Positions 59,744 to 64,000 of a stretch of 64,000 nucleotides of DNA are shown here, one piece after another (within the stretch, counting starts at the first letter, position 1; every line of letters starts with the position of its first letter). Under the pieces are notes generated by a model. That model was not told where the DNA came from. It ran no database searches and saw nothing but the letters and a program-made list of their open reading frames with translations. Source of the DNA: Flavobacteriaceae bacterium (GTDB lineage: Bacteria; Bacteroidota; Bacteroidia; Flavobacteriales; Flavobacteriaceae); contig JAAZVY010000001.1 in the NCBI GenBank assembly GCA_018623195.1, positions 15,193 to 79,192 on the forward strand, in the 5' to 3' direction. The position numbers and the translations under genes were made by a program.

Positions 59744-62083
59744 ATGAAGACCTATAACAACCCTAAAAAAGAACTGTGGGCTGAAATAATTAAACGCCCC
59801 ACGGCCTCCTATGAGGATTTATACCCACTAATAAGCGAGATATTTAATGAAGTCAAGCATCGTGGCGATGAAGCTTTATTGAACTATACCGAAAGCTTTG
59901 ATAAGGTCAAATTAGATACGCTAATTATCAGTAAGGAAGAGGTTGATGAGGCAAAAGAATTAGTTGATCCGACTTTAAAGCAGGCGATACAAAAAGCAAA
60001 AAGGAATATTGAATCTTTTCACCAGGCGCAAAAGACCAAACCTATACATGTTGAAACTATGCCTGGAGTAGTTTGCGAGCAACGCAAGGTAGCTATTGAA
60101 AAGGTAGGAATTTATATTCCTGGTGGCTCTGCTCCATTATTTTCTACGGTTCTTATGTTAGCTATTCCTGCAAAGATCGCAGGCTGTGAATCAATCACAT
60201 TGTGTACTCCGCCTAACCAATTGGGTAAGGTAGACCCTGCCATTCTATATACTGCATCACTTTGCGGAGTAGATCATCTATATAAAGTCGGTGGGGCTCA
60301 AGCCATCGCTGCCTTAACTAATGGCACCCAAGCTATTCCTGCCGTTGATAAGATTTTCGGTCCTGGAAACCAGTTTGTAACGGTAGCAAAACAATTCGCT
60401 ACACAGCAGGGAGTATCAATAGATATGCCTGCCGGCCCTAGTGAATTACTCGTATTTGCCGATGAAACTTGTGTGCCTGAATTCGTAGCTGCAGATCTTT
60501 TAAGTCAAGCAGAGCATGGACCTGATAGTCAAGTAGTGTTAGTGTTATCTGATTTATCAAAGCTAAAAAGGATAGAAGAAGAAATTAAGATTCAACTGGC
60601 TAACCTACCAAGAAATGAGATTGCCACTAAGGCACTAGAAAACAGTAGCGTTATTCTTTTTGATGATCGAGTAAAGGCGGCTGAATTCATTAATTCATAT
60701 GCTCCAGAACATTACATTATTGCCAGTGAAAAACCAGAAGATATGGTTACCCGGGTTAAAAACGCTGGTTCTGTATTTATAGGGAATTTCACTCCTGAAA
60801 GTGCGGGTGATTATGCATCAGGAACGAACCATACGCTACCCACGAATGGATTTGCCCGACAGTATAGTGGAGTTAATCTGGACAGTTACACAAAATCAAT
60901 AACCTTTCAAAAGGTGAGTCCTCAAGGGATACGTGACCTTGGACCCATAGTTGAACAAATGGCGAGTGCTGAACAGTTGAAAGCCCACGAAAACGCGGTG
61001 ACTCTTCGGCTTAAGTCTCTTTCTAATCAGGCTAACCAAGAAGCTGAAGGGTATGATATAGATGCAAATGTTAGAAGACATTTAATGAATTCTGAGGTGT
61101 ACTCATCCGCTAGAAGTGAGTTCTCAAATAGTGCGACCTCTAAAATTTGGTTAGATGCGAATGAAAATCCTTTTGAGGGTAAAGCAACTAGATATCCTGA
61201 TCCCTATCAATCAGTTCTAAAAGCTCGTATAGCAGAGCTATGGGGAATTAAAGAAAGCACCCTCTTTATTGGGAATGGAAGCGACGAGGTGTTGGATTTG
61301 ATTATGCAATTGGTGGTTGAATCCAAACAACATAACGCACTGACTTTTAAGCCTTCTTACGGAATGTATAGTGTGTTAGCTGACAAGAACGATGTGGAGC
61401 TAATCACGGTATCGCTTAATGAGCAATTTGAATTAGATTGGAATCTATTCGAAAGTAAGATCAGTGGCAGAACCCAACTCGTGTTCTTGTGCAATCCTAA
61501 TAACCCTACAGGAGGATTACTCGATTCGAAAAAACTTCAAAGATTTATCCGAGAAACCAATGCATTAGTGGTTGTTGATGAAGCTTATATCGATTTCTCT
61601 AGCGAGGAGAGCCTAGTAAGTAAAGTAAACGAGTATCCAAATCTCATCGTGGTGCGTACCCTATCAAAAGCCTATGGCCTAGCAGGTGCACGACTAGGGA
61701 TTGCCGTTGCTCATCCCAAAATTATCGGTTGGCTCAATCGTATTAAGCCTCCTTATAATATCAGTAGTCCTAATTTAGAGTTAGCTCTAGACCGTCTCTC
61801 AGATTATGCTACCATTCAACGTGAGATAGAAACTCTAAAAGATCAAAGAGCTATTCTAATAACAGCATTGAAACAGTGTAGTTGGATAGCCAAGGTATAT
61901 GAGTCTGAGGCTAATTTTATCTTATTTCAAGTGGACAATGCATCAAAAAGATATCGAGATTTTGTGGATGCTGGTATTGTTGTGAGAAATCGAAGTTCGC
62001 AATATGGCTGTAAAAATATGCTCCGTATCACCGTTGGCAACCCCAATGAAAATAATCGTGTTATTAAATTATTGAATTCATGA
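59744..62083 (+). CDS. hisD-hisC: fused histidinol dehydrogenase / histidinol-phosphate aminotransferase (HisD-HisC in one reading frame)
   Basis: 779 codons without a stop. The N-terminal ~425 aa are HisD ([23 protein letters not shown]). A linker [10 protein letters not shown] (61022-61051) follows. The C-terminal ~345 aa are a complete HisC ([18 protein letters not shown]-Lys in [15 protein letters not shown]). I reject the 40 codons upstream of ATG 59744 in the track because they overlap hisG. Confidence 0.85.
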   Translation: MKTYNNPKKELWAEIIKRPTASYEDLYPLISEIFNEVKHRGDEALLNYTESFDKVKLDTLIISKEEVDEAKELVDPTLKQAIQKAKRNIESFHQAQKTKPIHVETMPGVVCEQRKVAIEKVGIYIPGGSAPLFSTVLMLAIPAKIAGCESITLCTPPNQLGKVDPAILYTASLCGVDHLYKVGGAQAIAALTNGTQAIPAVDKIFGPGNQFVTVAKQFATQQGVSIDMPAGPSELLVFADETCVPEFVAADLLSQAEHGPDSQVVLVLSDLSKLKRIEEEIKIQLANLPRNEIATKALENSSVILFDDRVKAAEFINSYAPEHYIIASEKPEDMVTRVKNAGSVFIGNFTPESAGDYASGTNHTLPTNGFARQYSGVNLDSYTKSITFQKVSPQGIRDLGPIVEQMASAEQLKAHENAVTLRLKSLSNQANQEAEGYDIDANVRRHLMNSEVYSSARSEFSNSATSKIWLDANENPFEGKATRYPDPYQSVLKARIAELWGIKESTLFIGNGSDEVLDLIMQLVVESKQHNALTFKPSYGMYSVLADKNDVELITVSLNEQFELDWNLFESKISGRTQLVFLCNPNNPTGGLLDSKKLQRFIRETNALVVVDEAYIDFSSEESLVSKVNEYPNLIVVRTLSKAYGLAGARLGIAVAHPKIIGWLNRIKPPYNISSPNLELALDRLSDYATIQREIETLKDQRAILITALKQCSWIAKVYESEANFILFQVDNASKRYRDFVDAGIVVRNRSSQYGCKNMLRITVGNPNENNRVIKLLNS

Positions 62084-63210
62084 AAAAATACCTGTTTGTA
62101 GATCGTGATGGTACGATCATAAAAGAGCCAGCTGATTATCAAATCGATCACATTGATAAGCTAGTGTTTTTTCCGAATGTGATTAGCTCCCTAAGATTCG
62201 CCCATAAGGTTTTAGGGTATCATTTAGTATTAATAACCAATCAGGATGGATTAGGTACCGAATCTTTTCCTTCAGAAGATTTTTGGCCCGTTCAAAACCT
62301 AATGATTCGTACTCTTGAATCTGAAGGAATTAGTTTCGAAAAAATAGCAATCGATTCTAGCTTTCCTTCTGAAAATTCTCCGAATCGAAAACCTAGAACG
62401 GGAATGTTAACGGATCTCATATCTCAAGGTTTTGATCTCGAAAATAGCTTTGTCATTGGTGATCGATACACCGATGTAGAATTAGGGAAAAATCTAGGGA
62501 TCAAATCATTTCTGTTTAATGCAAGTCAATCGGGAAAGGATGAATTGAATGAATCTCTTCAAGAGCTAAATAACTCTATTGCATTAGAATGCAATGACTG
62601 GAATTCAATTACCGATTTCTTGAAGAAACTCGATCGCAAGATTACTCATCAGCGAAAAACTAAAGAGACTGATATTGAAATCACCCTTAATCTAGAGGGA
62701 ACGGGTGAATCTGAAATTAATACAGGTTTAGGATTTTTCGATCATATGTTAGAGCAGATTGCTCGACACGGACAGCTTGATTTATTTGTAAAGTGCAAAG
62801 GGGATTTACATATCGATGAACACCATACCATAGAAGATACAGGAATCGCTCTAGGGGAGGCATTTGCTAAAGCACTCGGTAATAAATTAGGAGTAGAAAG
62901 ATACGGTTATTGTCTCCCTATGGATGACGCATTAGCCCAAGCGGCAATTGATTTTGGAGGTCGAGCTTGGTTGATGTGGGACGCTAAATTTAAAAGAGAG
63001 AAGATAGGGGATATGCCTACAGAAATGTTCTTTCACTTCTTCAAATCGTTTGCCGATGGTGCTAAAGCCAATTTAAACCTTAAAGCAAGCGGTTTTAATG
63101 AACACCATAAGATCGAAGGTCTTTTTAAGGCTTTTGCTAAAGCGATTAAAATGGCCAAGAAAAGAGATACCGAGCATTTGATTCTTCCAAGCACAAAAGG
63201 CAGTTTATGA
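62080..63210 (+). CDS. hisB: bifunctional histidinol-phosphatase / imidazoleglycerol-phosphate dehydratase
   Basis: 376 aa with an N-terminal HAD phosphatase ([14 protein letters not shown]) and a C-terminal IGPD domain ([27 protein letters not shown]). An ATGA overlap couples it to the upstream gene. Confidence 0.93.
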   Translation: MKKYLFVDRDGTIIKEPADYQIDHIDKLVFFPNVISSLRFAHKVLGYHLVLITNQDGLGTESFPSEDFWPVQNLMIRTLESEGISFEKIAIDSSFPSENSPNRKPRTGMLTDLISQGFDLENSFVIGDRYTDVELGKNLGIKSFLFNASQSGKDELNESLQELNNSIALECNDWNSITDFLKKLDRKITHQRKTKETDIEITLNLEGTGESEINTGLGFFDHMLEQIARHGQLDLFVKCKGDLHIDEHHTIEDTGIALGEAFAKALGNKLGVERYGYCLPMDDALAQAAIDFGGRAWLMWDAKFKREKIGDMPTEMFFHFFKSFADGAKANLNLKASGFNEHHKIEGLFKAFAKAIKMAKKRDTEHLILPSTKGSL

Positions 63211-63791
63211 AGCAAGTAGCAATCATCGATTACGGCGCAGGAAACGTTCAGAGTGTACAATTTGCTTTTGAACGACTTGGGATTCAAAGTGTCGTAACCT
63301 CAGATTCATCTGAAATTCAGCGTGCGTCACATGTTATTTTTCCGGGAGTAGGACATGCAAAGGCTGCTAAATCACATCTTATCGAAACCGGTTTAATCGA
63401 TGTAATAAAATCCCTAAATCAGCCCGTTTTAGGCATCTGTCTAGGAATGCAACTTCTTTGTAACCAAACCGAGGAGGGACCAACAAAAGGTCTTCAAATT
63501 TTTGACACTAGTGTTGTGAAGTTTGATGTAGATCTTAAAGTTCCTGCAGTGGGTTGGGCACCTGTAAAATCCATAAATCACCCCTTGTTTGAGCGTCTCG
63601 ATAATGAACAATTTTATTTTGTCCATTCGTATTACGCAGAGGTTAGTGAACAAACTATTGGACTTGCCGATTATCAAATTTCTTACAGCGCTGCACTAGC
63701 GAATAAGAACTTCTTAGGCGTACAATTTCATCCTGAAAGAAGCGGCAAAGCAGGAGAGCAATTACTTACCAACTTTCTAAAACTATCATGA
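63207..63791 (+). CDS. hisH: imidazole glycerol phosphate synthase, glutamine amidotransferase subunit
   Basis: 194 aa with a class I GATase catalytic Cys in GICLGMQLL and the C-terminal FHPERS. Confidence 0.93.
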   Translation: MKQVAIIDYGAGNVQSVQFAFERLGIQSVVTSDSSEIQRASHVIFPGVGHAKAAKSHLIETGLIDVIKSLNQPVLGICLGMQLLCNQTEEGPTKGLQIFDTSVVKFDVDLKVPAVGWAPVKSINHPLFERLDNEQFYFVHSYYAEVSEQTIGLADYQISYSAALANKNFLGVQFHPERSGKAGEQLLTNFLKLS

Positions 63792-64000
63792 GTTTTTCAG
63801 TTATACCAGCCATTGATTTGATCGAAGGTAAATGTGTTCGGCTTACTCAAGGTGACTACGCCACTAAGAAGGTCTATCACGAAGATCCTCTAGAAATAGC
63901 AAAATCCTTTGAAGCACACGGAGTAGCGAAGCTTCATTTAGTCGACTTAGATGGTGCTAAAGCTGGCAGAATCGTTAATTATAAGGTGATCGAAAGAATT
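63788..64000 (+). CDS. hisA: ProFAR isomerase HisA, N-terminal part (continues beyond the window)
   Basis: Hand-translated [30 protein letters not shown]...[10 protein letters not shown], which matches the HisA/HisF N-terminal motif. An ATGA overlap couples it to hisH, and the frame is open to the window end. Confidence 0.85.
   Translation, partial: MSFSVIPAIDLIEGKCVRLTQGDYATKKVYHEDPLEIAKSFEAHGVAKLHLVDLDGAKAGRIVNYKVIERI

Overview
This is an AT-rich, densely packed chromosomal core region. It looks like Bacteroidota, probably Flavobacteriia-like. Three things support that: an LpxC/FabZ fusion, the lpxD-lpxC/fabZ-lpxA-efp gene order, and TAnnTTTG -7 promoter boxes with almost no Shine-Dalgarno sequences. 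I count about 58 protein-coding genes, nearly all housekeeping: acyl-CoA carboxyltransferase, ettA, fumC, prfB, secreted peptidases, uvrA/nth repair genes, parE/parC, the lipid A genes, efp, sucD, fabG and the start of a his operon (hisG, hisD-hisC, hisB, hisH, hisA). I found no rRNA or tRNA genes, CRISPR array, transposase, integrase, prophage or recognisable defence island. The largest gaps (about 160-350 nt) are explained by small membrane ORFs, terminators or a leader region. I see no convincing novel multi-gene system here. The observations most worth a second look are: (1) a His-codon leader peptide with a terminator and a competing antiterminator upstream of hisG; (2) an in-frame hisD-hisC fusion; (3) the classical prfB +1 programmed frameshift site with an SD-like AGGAGG; (4) an adjacent CBS-like and alpha-oxoamine-synthase gene pair that resembles the capnine sulfonolipid genes capA/capB; (5) an endonuclease III without Fe-S cysteines; (6) a dihydroorotase-like protein lacking metal ligands. 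All functional calls come from motif and family recognition by eye. No database search was run.
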